Source: Anaeramoeba ignava BMAN
Taxonomy: Eukaryota; Protista; Anaeramoebae
Reading direction: 5' to 3'
DNA: 64,000 nucleotides
NCBI GenBank assembly: GCA_028826165.1
Contig: JAPDFW010000067.1
Coordinates: 406,366-470,365, forward strand
Shown here: one piece after another, positions 15,264 to 28,266 of the stretch
How the letters are laid out: each line of letters begins with the position of its first letter
Position numbering within the stretch: position 1 is the first letter of the stretch
Program-made: the position numbers and the translations under genes
Notes under the pieces: model-generated
Databases searched by the model: none
The model's input: only the letters and a program-made list of their open reading frames with translations
What the model was told of the DNA's origin: nothing

Positions 15264-18159
15264 ATGGGAAACACAAAAACCAAAATAGAAACTCATATTA
15301 ATAAAATTTCTAATATTCATATTTGGAATCAAATATCAAAACAACCAGAATCTTCTTTTTATTCACAAACACAAGTTGTTAAACTTATTATTGATTTAAA
15401 AGACAATGATTCAATTTATTTTCTTCAAACAAACAAATATTTTTATCATTTCTTTTTTTGTCAAGACTTTCTTTCTTTTCCAAAGAGGAATTTGGTTGTT
15501 CCTGATAATAGAATTTTTAATAGAAATAATTATAATAACGGACCAGAAAGAAGATTTATTTTAGGAACTTTATGTTATTATTTAGATAAAAAACTATGGG
15601 TTTTTGAATTAATGGCTGGTAAAATAAATATTAAAATTAAATATTAAATTAAATATTAAATTAAAATATTAAATTAAAATATTAAATTAAAATATTAAAT
15701 TAAATATTAAATTAAATATTAAATTAAATATTAAAATAAATAGTAAATTAAATATTAAATTAAATATTAAATTAAATATTAAATTAAATATTAAAATAAA
15801 TATTAAATTAAATATTAAATTAAATATTAAATTAAATATTAAAATAAATATTAAAATAAATATTAAAATAAATATTAAATTAAATATTAAAATAAATATT
15901 AAAATAAATATTAAAAATAAATATTAAATTAAATATTAAAAATAAATATTAAAATAAATATTAAATTAAATATTAAAATTAAATATTAAATTAAATATTA
16001 AATTAAATTATTAAAAATAAATATTAAAAATAAATATTAAAAATAAATATTAAAATAAATATTAAAATAAATATTAAAATTAAATATTAAATTAAATATT
16101 AAAAATAAATATTAAAAATAAATATTTAAAATAAATATTAAATTAAATATTAAAATAAATATTAAATTAAATATTAAAATAAATATTAAAATTAAATATT
16201 AAATTAAATATTAAATTAAATATTAAATTAAATATTAAATTAAATATTAAATTAAATATTAAATTAAATATTAAAATAAATATTAAATAAATATTAAATT
16301 AAATATTAAAATAAATATTAAATTAAATATTAAAATAAATATTAAATTAAATATTAAAATAAATATTAAATTAAATATTAAAATAAATATTAAATTAAAT
16401 ATTAAAATAAATATTAAAATAATAAAATAATAAAATAAATATTTAAATAAATATTAAAATAAATATTAAAATAAATATTAAAATAAATATTAAAATAAAT
16501 ATTAAAATAAATATTAAAATAAATATTAAATTAAAATTAGGTGATCCATTGGAAGGAGAATTATTCGTCAAATCCTTTAACATAATCAAAAAAAACGTAT
16601 TTTTTGGATCTGAATTAAAATATCATCCAAAATCATTTCTTCACCAAAATATCATAAAAACAGACGAAATAATCCAAAAATCAGATATCAAAATAATCAC
16701 AAGCAATGAAATATACGGATCAATGGAATATCAATCACTAACATTAGGAACAACATATGGAATATTAAAAATACTAGAAAAAGTAGAACAAAATGAAGAA
16801 ATAGAACAATCAATCACACCAGAACACATTTTGGTCACAGGAGAAATACCAGTAGATATTCCTCCTGTTGCTGGTTTAATCACTTCAACTTTTCAAGCAC
16901 CTTTATCTCATGTAGCTTTGTTGTCTGCAAATAGAAATACACCAAATATGGCACTTAAAAATGCGATTGATAAAGATTTTATCCAATCACTCAATGGAAA
17001 ATTTGTTAAGTTAGTAGTTACAAGACAAGAATTCCAAGTTATTGAGTTTCCTGATGGGAAACAAAGCAAGGAATATTTGGATTGGGAACAAAAAATGGAG
17101 CGTAAAAAATCACGTATTCCCAAAATTGAAGTTCTTTTTTCAGATGAAAATATTGGATTGATTCAATTGCAAAATCTTCAAGAAATTCATCTTGCAATGG
17201 TTGGTCATAAAGCTTATACTTTGAATGGCTTAAAAGCTATAAATTTACCCAAAAAAATTGATGTTCCTGGATTTGTCATCCCATTTTATTTCTATCTCCA
17301 ATTTTCTCAACAATTCGATATTGAAAATTCCATTTTAAAATCACAAGAATTTGAGCAATCTCCAGAAAATAGAAGGAAAATGCTTAAGGAATTACAGGAA
17401 AAAATCAAGAAATCGCATATTGATTCGCAACTCATTGAATCAATAAAAGAAAAAATATCCGAAATTGAAAAGGAATTTGAGGAAACAATTAAAAATCATT
17501 TTGACGGATTTATATTTCGATCATCAACAAATGTGGAAGATTTACCCGGTTTTACAGGAAATGGATTGTTTGAATCACTTCCAATTAAATCGATTAGTGA
17601 TGAGGAAATTGAAAAAACAATGTTGGAAATTTATTCAAGTCTTTGGTCTTTTAAAACAATTGAGGAATTAAAATTATTCCAAATCGATCTTTCCAAAATT
17701 TCAATGGCAATTATTGTTCAGCCTTTTTTAAGCAAAAATATGAAGGCAAATGGAGTTGCTTTAACAGGAAATCCATATAAACCAGCTTATCCAAGTTTTT
17801 TTGTCAATATTCAATCTTCAAAAGGAAGTGTGACTGATTCAAAATCAAATGTGAATCCTGAACAAATTTTTATTTTTGAGAATTCAAGAAAAAATGAAAC
17901 TGAAAATAAGGATGAAAAAGTGATTTGCCAAGAAGTTGTTTCAACAAGTTCTCTTGTTGATTCTCCTATTCTTAACTCGAATGATATTTCAAATTTAAAT
18001 TCTCTTTTGAAGGCAATTAATTGGAAATTTGGTGGTCTTTATTATAAACATGGTTGTAATTCTGCTGAAGTTGAATTTCTTGTTCCAAATGATGAAGATT
18101 TTATTTTTGTTGTTCAATCTCGACCTTTTCAAATTGAAATGAATGAAAATTTAAATTAA
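15264..18159 (+). CDS. Bacterial-type PEP/pyruvate-binding (PPDK_N-like, ATP-grasp) domain protein; exons 15264-15618 and 16541-18159
   Basis: Splice ...ATGGCTG|GT..AG|GTGATCCA gives FELMAGDPLEG. Motifs: PPVAGLITSTFQAPLSHVALLSANRNTPN, VGHKAYTL, PGFVIPFYFY, FRSSTNVEDLPGFTGNGLFES, YSSLWS, MAIIVQ, ANGVALT, EVEFLV..VVQSRP. Confidence 0.8.
15620..16535. repeat. Intronic AT microsatellite (unit ~11-12 bp, ATTAAATTAAAT / ATTAAAATAAAT)
   Basis: Directly visible; fills intron 15619-16540. Confidence 0.95.
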
Positions 18160-18234
18160 ATTTAAATCATTTTTTATTTTTTCATTTTTATTATTTTTTT
18201 TTTTCAAATAAAATATTTGATTTGATTTGATTTG

Positions 18235-19972
18235 ATGAAGAATATTTATAAAAATCAAGAATCAAATTTAAAGAAAAGAAATCAAAAATCAAAATCAAAA
18301 TCAAAATCAAAATCAAAATCAAAATAAAAATCAAAATCAAAATTTTACTTCTTTTGATTTATCTCTTGCTAACAAAAATCACCTAAAAATCCAAAAATTA
18401 TCCAAAATCAAAGAATCAATAATCATTATAATAATTACACTAATTTCTTTTTTCACAAGATTTTATAAACTCAAAAATCCAAATGAAGTTGTTTTTGATG
18501 AAGTTCATTTTGGAAAATTTATTAATTATTATTTACTTGGAAATTATTTTCAAGATATTCATCCTCCATTAACAAAAATTATTATGAGTTATATTAGCAA
18601 ATTATGCGGAAACACTCCAACTTTTTGGTTTGATTCAATTGGTTCAAAATTTCCTTCAAATTTCAATTATTTTTGTTTAAGAGCTCAACCTGCATTTATA
18701 GGAAGTCTAATTCCTTCTTTAATTTATCTGATCATAAGAATCATGCATGGATCAATTATATCTGCATTAGTTGCCGCGGCAATGATGCTTTTTGAGACTT
18801 CAATAATTGTAGAATCAAGAATAATTGCAACTGATGCTTTTTTATTCTTTTTTATTTCTTTATCGATTTTCTTTGGAAAAAGCCAGACTCTTCAAAAATA
18901 TCCTTCTTTTTCATTCTATTTATTCATGTTTCTCACAGCATTTTCATTAGGGTTCTCATTGGCAACAAAACTTACTTCAGTAGCCACTGTTTTTGCAATT
19001 GCAATTCTCCAATTACTTGATCTCTACAAAAGACATTTTTCAAAAAAAACAAATTACAAGCTCTTAATCAAGGATATAACCATAAGGATATTAATTTTCA
19101 TCATAACTATTCTTGTAATATATCTCACTGCATTCTTCTTTCATTTCAACCTGCTGCCCTTTGAATCCAGAGATGATGAGTACATTCCTTTTGAATACAA
19201 ACCAAAAGATTTAATCCAAAAAAATACTTTTGAAAATCAATTACAAAGTTCAAAAAAATTTCGCCCATTTTATTTCCTGTATAAAGTATGGAAAGTCAAC
19301 AAAGATATGTATAAGGCAAACATGGCAATTAATGAGAAACATTCCTACTCATCGCCTTGGTATTCTTGGCCTCTCCATTTTGGAAAACCTGTTTTGTATT
19401 GGATCAAATACGATTCCACAAATATTTCGAAAATAGAATCAATTTATTGCATTGGGAATATTATTGTTTGGTGGCTAGTTTTTACTGGTGTTGTTGTTTA
19501 TGTTTTTATGCTAATTATATTTCATTTTATTCTTCGAAGACACAAGAAAAAAATTGAGAAGAAGATTTTGGATCATTCTCAAAAAATCACTAAAATAAAA
19601 AATGAAGTATTTTATCACAAATTTGATTATTTACAAGATAATTTACTGTTACATTTCGATTCTCTTTGTTTCTTACTAGCAGGATATTTATTCAATTTAT
19701 TCATTTTTTTTCCAATTTCAAGACCAACTTGGTTATATCATTATATTCCTTCTTTGATTTTTGGAATTTTACTTTTTTCACTTCTTTTGGATATTTTAAT
19801 CAGAGTTTATTTTCCCGATTTGATATGGAAATTTCTTATTGTTAGTATTTTAATATTTTGGACTTTTCTTTCCTTTGTTTTTTTTATTCCTTTTATTTAT
19901 GCTTTTCCTTTAAATCCTTTTCAATTTAATGAAAGAATTTTTTTTTCTTTTTGGAAACCAAAAAAAATTTAA
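18235..19972 (+). CDS. Dolichyl-phosphate-mannose:protein O-mannosyltransferase (PMT/POMT, GT39) without MIR domains
   Basis: The frame upstream of ORF 18584 reads TRFYKLKNPNEVVFDEVHFGKFINYYLLGNYFQDIHPPL (PMT loop-1 DE motif). Also ESRIIATD, HSYSSPWYSWP, IGN..VWW, R..WLYHYIPSL. ATG 18235 needs a 1-nt correction in the AATCAA run near 18285. Confidence 0.85.
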
Positions 19973-20361
19973 ATCTAAATGAAAATAAAAAACAAAAAAC
20001 AAAAAACAAAAAACAAAAAGAAGAAGATTAAAGAGAATTTTATAAAACGAATTATTTTGGATAAGAATTTAAAAAAGAATTAAAAGAATTAAAAGAATTA
20101 AAAGAATTAAAAGAATTAAAAGAATTAAAAGAAAAATTTTGATTTTAAATTTTGATTTTAATTTTGATTTTGATTTTGATTTTGATTTTGATTTTGATTT
20201 TGATTTTGATTTTGATTTTGATTTTGATTTTAATTTTAAATTTTGATTTTGATTTTAATTTTGATTTTGATTTTGATTTTGATTTAAATTTGAATTTTAA
20301 ATTTTAAATTTGATTTTGATTTAAATTTGAATTTTAAATTTTAAATTTTAAATTTTAAATT

Positions 20362-22770
20362 TTAATTTTGTGTATTATAAATAGGACGAAATTTGATATT
20401 AAGAATTAAACTAATTAACCATAAAATAACAGAACTTGCTGCTGGAATGAAAAAGTTATCATTAACAAAAGCAAATAATTCAGCTAAAGTTCCTCCAATC
20501 GCTCCAAAAAAAGCTAAAATAAATTTATGAAAGAAAAAAAATTTTTTTTAACAGAAAAAAGTGGAACAAAAAAAAAATTTTTTTTTCTTCTATGAAAACA
20601 AACCTAAAAGAAATGATTTTGTAAATGAAATATCTCCTAATCTCCAGAAAGTGAAAATTCCAAGAAGAAAGCATACAACAAAACAACCTATAGATCCTTC
20701 TAAACTTTTTGGACCATAAATTTTAGTTCTAATTTATAAAATTAAAATTAATATTAATATTAATTTTAATTTTAATTTTGATTTTAATATAAATATTAAT
20801 TTTAATTTTAATTTTAATTTGGATTTTAATTTTAATTTTAATTTTAATATTAATATTAATTTTAATTTTAATATTAATTTTAATTTTAATATTAATTTTA
20901 ATTTTAATTTTAATTTTAATTTTAATATAAATATTAATTTTAATTTTAATATAAATATTGATTTTAATTTTAATATAAATATTAATTTTAATTTTAATAT
21001 AAATTTTAATTTTAATATAAATATTAATTTTGATTTTAATTTTGATTTTGAATTTTAATTTTAATATAAATATTAATTTTGATTTTAATATAAATATTAA
21101 TTTTGATTTTAATATAAATATTAATTTTAATTTTAATATAAATATTAATTTTAATTTTAATATAAATATTGATTTTGATTTTAATATAAATATTAATTTT
21201 AATTTTATTGTAACAAACTTTCCATAAACTTTTCCAATTAAAGCAGCAAATAAATCACCAAAAATTAAAAATAATAAAGCAGTAATTCCAATTAAAGGAG
21301 GAAAAAATGTAACAGAAATAAAAGAACCAAGCATATACCAACTTGCACCAGCTATTCCTTTCTTTTCATTTTCTCTCATAATTTTTCCCATAAATCCAAT
21401 AATTTTTTTATTAATTTCTGGGAATTTGTATCGAACAAGTTCAACAGTCCAAGCAAAAGTTAAAATACAACCAATAATAAAAGAATATTTTCTTTGAGTA
21501 ACAAATCCAATTTTTAAAGTATGATAAAAAGTTGTTGGCATAAAAAGTCCTATTTTTAATATAGATTTTAATTTTTATTTATTTTTAAATTTTATTTTGA
21601 TTTTTATTTTAATTTTGATTTTAATTTTAATTTTGATTTTAATTTTAATTTTAATTTTAATTTTAATTTTAATTTTAATTTTAATTTTAATTTTATAAAT
21701 GAATTTTAATTTTAATTTTAATTTTGGTTTTGATTTTAATTTTAATTTTAATTTTAATTTTAATTTTATAAATGAATTTTGATTTTTATTTTAATTTAGA
21801 TTTTAATTTTAATTTTGATTTAGATTTTAATTTTAATTTTAATTTTAATTTTGATTTTATAAATGAATTTTGATTTTAATTTTAATTTTAATTTTATAAA
21901 TGAATTTTGATTTTAATTTTATAAATGAATTTTGATTTTAATTTTAATTTTAATTTTAATTTTAATTTTAATTTTAATTTTGATTTTATAAATGAATTTT
22001 GATTTTGATTTTAATTTTAATTTTAATTTTAATTTTAATTTTAATTTTAATTTTAATTTTAATTTTAATTTTAATTTTAATTTTAATTTTAATTTTAATT
22101 TTAATTTTAATTTTAATTTTAATTTTAATTTTAATTTTTATTTTAATTTTAATTTTAATTTTTATTTTAATTTTAATTTTTGATTTTAATTTTGATTTTA
22201 ATATAGATTTTGATTTTAATTTAGATTTTAATTTTTATTTTATTTTAATTTTAATTTTGATTTTGATTTTAATTTTAATTTTATAAATTAATTTTGATTT
22301 TAATTTTAATTTTATAAATGAATTTTGATTTTAATTTTAATTTTAATTTAAATTTTAATTTTAATTTTAATTTTAATTTTAATTTTAATTTTAATTTTAA
22401 TTTTAATTTTAATTTTATAAATGAATTTTGATTTTAATTTTAATTTTATAAATGAATTTTGATTTTAATTTTAATTTTAATTTTAATTTTAATTTAAATT
22501 TTAATTTTGGTTCTGAATTTAAATGTTAAAATAAAAATTTTATTTTTGGTTTAAATTTTGTTTAAATATAAATAACGAACCAAAAAGATGAAATCCTTTT
22601 CTCCTTAATTCTTCAATTACTGTTTTTAATTTTTCATGTCCAACTCCAAGAGAATTATGCAAAAAATTACCAAATTTTTTACTTTGAAACATTAAAAGAA
22701 AAATAATAATTGTTGCTACAATAAGAACTGAAACTAAAATAATTGTTCGAAAAATATGACTTTCTGACAT
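20362..22770 (-). CDS. CTP-dependent diacylglycerol/phytol kinase-like (cytidylyltransferase family, DGK1-like); exons 22770-22581, 21549-21219, 20728-20604, 20513-20362
   Basis: The spliced product has ELRRKGFHLFG, MRENEK..IAGASWY.LG, GDLFAALIGKVYGKTKIYGPKSLEGS, LAE....NDNFFIP. All junctions are GT-AG and in phase. Confidence 0.82.
21560..22510. repeat. Intronic (ATTTTA)n microsatellite with interspersed ATAAATGA units
   Basis: Directly visible; source of the spurious ILIL/NFNF ORFs. Confidence 0.92.
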
Positions 22771-22938
22771 TATTATAATTAAAATTAAAAATAATAATAA
22801 TAAAAAAATGAAAAAGAAAAAAATGAAAAAGAAAAAAAGAATTTGAAAAGAATTTGAAAAGAAAAATTTTTATTTAATTTGATTTTAAAAAATAAAAAAT
22901 AAAAAAGAAAATTTTCCTCATTTTAAAAAATTCTAAAT

Positions 22939-24692
22939 TTAAATTTCTGTAATTTTTGCAAAATCATTACAAAAATTAATAAATTCAAGTGCTTGTCCTT
23001 TTTTGCAAATAACTCTAACTTCAATAGGATCTTTTTCTTTATAAATTTGACAGGAAATAATTTTGATTTTGATCTTCATTGAATTTTTTGATGCTTTAAG
23101 AGTGAAAATATTTGGATATGTCCAATGAAATCCAAGAGAAGCAAAAGAAGATTGAGATCCAGAAACAATTTCCATAAGATTCTTTTTTGTGATTATTGAT
23201 ACATAATGATTTTTCATTAATTTTTGTTTTTCATCCTCAATTACAAGTGTTTCATTTGTGATATATCGTTCATCATACTTGAATTGGATGTATTTCTTGT
23301 TGGATTGACTTTTTCTTCTTCTTCGAAATAAATTTCTAAATAATGTTTTAGTTTTATTCACTTTTTTGAGATCTGGATCACTATCAAATTTTTGTTTTGG
23401 ATTTTTTTCAATCTTTAAATGAATTTCTGAGAGATCTACTGGAACTATTTTTATTATTATTTTTTTTTTTGAAATGAATTTTCATTTTAAATTGATTTTG
23501 ATTTTAAAATTAGGATTTACTGTTTGTTGGCTTTTTTTCAAATAGAAAATCTGGTGATGAATTTGTTTTTGGATCATCTTTTTCCAAGTTTGAATGTAAA
23601 TTGTTCTCTGAATTTTCTTTTTTCGACCTTTTCTTCATTTTTCTGGAAACAAAAGTGTAAAGAATCTTTTCCAAATTAGAAGATTCTTCAGTTAAATGAT
23701 CGAGAATACTCTCCTTTTCCCATCCAATCATTGTTAAATGATTGACAATCTCTTGATTAATTTTTGTTGATTCCATTTTTTGAGTAAATTTCTTTCTTAA
23801 ACGAATTTTTGGAGGTTGGAATTTGTCAATGAAATTTGAACAAAACCAAGGATGAGATTTAATTTCATCAATTGTGGCTCTTTTTTCAGTATCGACCACA
23901 AGCATTCTTTGAATCAAATCTCTAATATTTGGATCAATTCTTTTGGGAATTTTGTAATCTCCATCTTTAATTTTGATTAAGATATTTCTGATTGTTTTTC
24001 CTTTAAATGGAAGTTTTCCAACTGTAAGAACATATAGAATAACTCCACAACTCCAAATATCTGATTTTCTTCCATCGTATTCATTTCCCTAAAATAAATT
24101 TTGAATTATGAATTATGAATTATGAATTAATTTTTTGTTTTGAAAAACAAAATACCAAAACAATTTCAGGAGCTGCATAATGAGGAGAACCACAAGAGGT
24201 TTCAAAAAGCATTTGTGGGTCATACAAACCAGCCATTCCAAAATCTGCAATTTTTAGATTTTCATATTTATCAAGTAACAAATTTTCAGGTTTCAAGTCA
24301 CGATGACAAATCAAATGATTATGACAATATTCAACTGCATAAATCAGTTGTTGGAAAAAAGAAAGTGAATGAGACAAAGGAATCGATTTTTTTGTAACTA
24401 AGTAGTCAAAAAGCTCTCCTGTTTCCATGTATTCCATAACAACAAAGAGATGATCAACTGATTCCAAAACATCAATTACTTTTATTACATTTGGATGGTT
24501 AAGAAGCCTCAAAACTGCAACTTCTCTTTCTGCTCTCAATTTCCTTTTTTCGTTGAATAAAGTTTTTGATTTTGAAATGATCTTAATTGCTACTTTTTGT
24601 TTTGTTTCTTGATTTATTGCCAATTTAACTTTTCCTGAACTTCCTTCTCCAAGTGTTTTAATAACTGTATATGATCCTATTTGTTGACTCAT
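22939..24692 (-). CDS. BRSK/SAD/SNF1-related (CAMK group) Ser/Thr protein kinase with UBA-like region and possible KA1 tail; exons 24692-24156, 24088-23521, 23444-22939
   Basis: LGEGSSGKVKLA, VAIK, HRDLKPEN, IADFGMA, TSCGSPHYAAPE, then after the intron GNEYDGRKSDIWSCGVILY. Confidence 0.9.
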
Positions 24693-25202
24693 TGAAAAAA
24701 AGTGAGGTTTTTTTTTTTAAATCTATTTGTGTTTTTTTTTAAATGAAAGAGAAAAGAAAAGATGTGTTTAATTCAAATTTATATTTATATTCTCTTTTTT
24801 ATCTTTTATTTAAAAAAAGGGGTTATTTTTCTTACTTTAAAAAAAAAAAATAAAATAATGTTAAAAAAAATAAATTGTAAAAAAAGAAAAATGAAAATTA
24901 AAAAAGATCACATTTTTTTTTTTATTTTTTTATTTATTTTTTTTTTGCTTTTTAAGGGTTTCAAAAAAAAAAGAAGAAATAAAAAAAATAAAAGGAAAAA
25001 TGAAAAAAGGGATCTGTAATGAAAAAGAAAAAAGAGATCAAAAAGAAATTAAAAAGAAATTAAAAGGAAATTAAAAAGGAAATTAAAAAAGAAAATTCAA
25101 AAAAGAAATTTAAAAGGGGGTTTAAAAAAAGAAATTCAAAAGGGGGTTTAAAAAAAGAAATTTAAAAGGGGGTTTAATTGAACTCAAGTTTTTTTTAAAT
25201 TT

Positions 25203-26402
25203 GGAAATATTAATAAAATTTAATTTTAAAATAATTTCAAATTAATTTATTATTTAAAATAATTAAAAATAATGATAAAATATTAATAAAATAATTTAAT
25301 AATAAAATTAATTAAAAATTAAATAGATTTGATTAATAAATAAATTATGAAATATTAATAAAATTTAATTTTAAAATAATTTACAAATTAATTTATTATT
25401 AAAAATTATTAAAAATAATGATAAAATAATAATAAAATAATTTAATAATAAAATTAATTAAAAATTAAATAGATTTGATTAATAAATAAATTAATAAATA
25501 TTAATAAAATTTAATTTTAAAATAATTTCAAATTAATTTATTATTTAAAATAATTAAAAATAATGATAAAATATTAATAAAATAATTTAATAATAAAATT
25601 AATTAAAAATTAAATAGATTTGATTAATAAATAAATTAATAAATATTAATAAAATTTAATTTTAAAATAATTTCAAATTAATTTATTATTAAAAATTATT
25701 AAAAAATAATGATAAAATATTAATAAAATAATTTAATAATAAAATTAATTAAAAATTAAATAGATTTGATTAATAAATAAATTAATAAATGTTAATAAAA
25801 TTTAATTTTAAAATAATTTACAAATTAATTTATTATTTAAAATAATTAAAAATAATGATAAAATATTAATAAAATAATTTAATAATAAAATTAATTAAAA
25901 ATTAAATAGATTTGAATAATAAATAAATTAGGAAATGTTAATAAAATTTAATTTTAAAATAATTTACAAATTAATTTATTATTAAAAATTATTAAAAATA
26001 ATGATAAAATATTAATAAAATAATTTAATAATAAAATTAATTAAAAATTAAATAGATTTGAATAATAAATAAATTAGGAAATGTTAATAAAATTTAATTT
26101 TAAAATAATTTACAAATTAATTAATTATTTAAAATTATTAAAAATAATGATAAAATATTAATAAAATAATTTAATAATAAAATTAATCAAAAATTAAATA
26201 GATTTGATTAATAAATAAATTAATAAATATTAATAAAATTTAATTTTAAAATAATTTACAAATTAATTTATTATTTAAAATTATTAAAAATAATGATAAA
26301 ATATTAATAAAATAATTTAATAATAAAATTAATCAAAAATTAAATAGATTTGATTAATAAATAAATTAGGAAATGTTAATAAAATTTAATTTTAAAATAA
26401 TT
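25203..26402. repeat. Tandem array of ~8 copies of a 145-146-bp AT-rich unit
   Basis: The anchor TAGATTTGA recurs at 25324, 25470, 25615, 25761, 25907, 26053, 26199 and 26345. Confidence 0.95.
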
Positions 26403-26529
26403 TTTATTATTAAGTCTTATTAAATTCATTTTTGTGTCATTTGGAAAAGAAAACAAAATTTTTTTTTTTGAATTGTTTAAATTCATTTTTTTTCATTTAA
26501 TTTTTTCAAGTTTTAATCTGATTATTTTA

Positions 26530-27957
26530 ATGAAATTTTTTTCAGCATTTAATCCAATTAGAAATTTTAAATCAATATTTTCAAGACCTTCAAGGAATCA
26601 TATTCAAGCATTTGATGGAATTAGAGCACTTGCTTCTTACTGGATTTTTGCATATCACACAATAGTTTTCTTACTTTGGCTAAGTGAACATGGAATTTTA
26701 AGTAGAGTTCTCCCAAATCCAATTCTAAAAATAATTTTAATGGGAGATTCTTCAGTTGATATCTTTTTTATTCTTTCTGGATTTTTGGTTTATTCAAGAT
26801 TTCTTTCTGAATTAAAGGGGAATACAATTCAAAATTTGGATTTAAGAATAAGATTGAGATATCTCACCAATTTTTTGATCAGAAGATTTCTAAGACTTTA
26901 TCCTTTGATCTATTTTTTCATTTTATTGAAAATTCTTGAATTGGTTGCTCTTAATGATCTTAAAGCAGGAATCCCTCAAATCTTGTTGACAATGTTTTTT
27001 CTAAATGATGTAATAGCAGGAAATGAATATACACCTGTTGGCCATTCTTGGTCTGTTGCAACTGAAATGAAAACATATTTTATTCTTCTTTACATTAAAA
27101 ATCAAATGATGAAAACAGGAAAAGATTCCACAAAATTATTGATAAAGATATTTGTGATTGCTTTGATTGTTTATACAACTGGTGTGATTTTCGCACCAAA
27201 GTTTCATAAATACCCTTTATACACTGAGATTTGGACGGAAGAACTTTGCACACTTTTTCATTTCCAGCCAGAAACAGGAAATTTTATTTTAGAGCATCCA
27301 GAAACTCTTGCTGAAGACAATTTCAGAAGGTTCCTTTTATATTTTGGATTTCATTCAAGACTCCCATTAATTATTATTGGATGTTTTGCTGCTTTTATTC
27401 AATACAGAACATCTTTTCCTGAAAAATGTCAGAAATCCAAACCATTTAGATTAATGATTCTTTTGATTGGATTGATTTTATTTTCATCTTTATTTATTCT
27501 CAAAACAACTCATTATATGTCAAATATTCAAATAGAAAATATTACCATTATTCAACAAATTATCATTCGATTATTTTCTTTTAACAGAATTATCAATTCA
27601 ATAGGTGCTTCTTTATTAATATTACTTATTATCAACAAAGCAGGAATTTTTGGAAATTTCTTCAATTATTTTCTTTCTTTAAAAATTTGGATTCCTTTCT
27701 CAAATCTTTCTTATTCTTTATATTTGACTCAAGTGGTTCCTATTTTTCTTTTGGAAATGGATTTAATCAAAAAATTTGGATTTGATTGGATTGATACTAG
27801 AAATAGTTTTCTTTTGATTTTAAAAGCTACTTTAGTTGTTTATCCTATTTCAATAATTACATTTTTATTGATTGAAAAACCAATGATAAATTTATCACCA
27901 GAAAGATTTAAATTAGAACAATTTATTTCAGGAAAAGAGAAAAAGAAAGAAGATTAA
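26530..27957 (+). CDS. Acyltransferase family 3 (OafA/NRF-6-like membrane O-acyltransferase), intronless
   Basis: FDGIRALA..I..YH, VDIFFILSGFL, RRFLRLYP, HSWSVATE, SYSLYL, IEKP motifs and multiple TM helices. The first ATG is at 26530. Confidence 0.88.
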   Translation: MKFFSAFNPIRNFKSIFSRPSRNHIQAFDGIRALASYWIFAYHTIVFLLWLSEHGILSRVLPNPILKIILMGDSSVDIFFILSGFLVYSRFLSELKGNTIQNLDLRIRLRYLTNFLIRRFLRLYPLIYFFILLKILELVALNDLKAGIPQILLTMFFLNDVIAGNEYTPVGHSWSVATEMKTYFILLYIKNQMMKTGKDSTKLLIKIFVIALIVYTTGVIFAPKFHKYPLYTEIWTEELCTLFHFQPETGNFILEHPETLAEDNFRRFLLYFGFHSRLPLIIIGCFAAFIQYRTSFPEKCQKSKPFRLMILLIGLILFSSLFILKTTHYMSNIQIENITIIQQIIIRLFSFNRIINSIGASLLILLIINKAGIFGNFFNYFLSLKIWIPFSNLSYSLYLTQVVPIFLLEMDLIKKFGFDWIDTRNSFLLILKATLVVYPISIITFLLIEKPMINLSPERFKLEQFISGKEKKKED

Positions 27958-28266
27958 ATAAAACCATTTTAATTTGATTTAAATTAAATTAAATTAAAAT
28001 GATAAAAATAAAGAAAGAAAGAGAATTAAAATTGATTTTTTATTATTCTTGTTTTGAATTGAAAATGAAAATGAAAAGAAAGGAAATTTGGAATTGGAAT
28101 TAAATATCTAAATCAGCTTGAAGTTCTTTTTCTTCTTGTTCTTGTTTTTGATTTAGATTTTTGATTTGTTTTTGATTTTGTTTTTTTGGAATTTGGAAAA
28201 TAGATTGTTTTGAATGTTTTGAAGAAAGAAAGAAAGAAAGAAAATTCAAAAATTAAAATAAGAAGC

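Noticed and set aside
20729-22290. ORFs of [18 protein letters not shown] type (also 5330-5833, 42374-42565, 44208-44853, 45420-45761, 61047-61977)
   Set aside because: They are translations of intronic microsatellites or antisense low-complexity coding tracts; the flanking exons splice in phase around them.
25203-26402. Regularly spaced repeats as a possible CRISPR array
   Set aside because: The whole unit is repeated with no unique spacers, there are no cas genes, and the context is eukaryotic.
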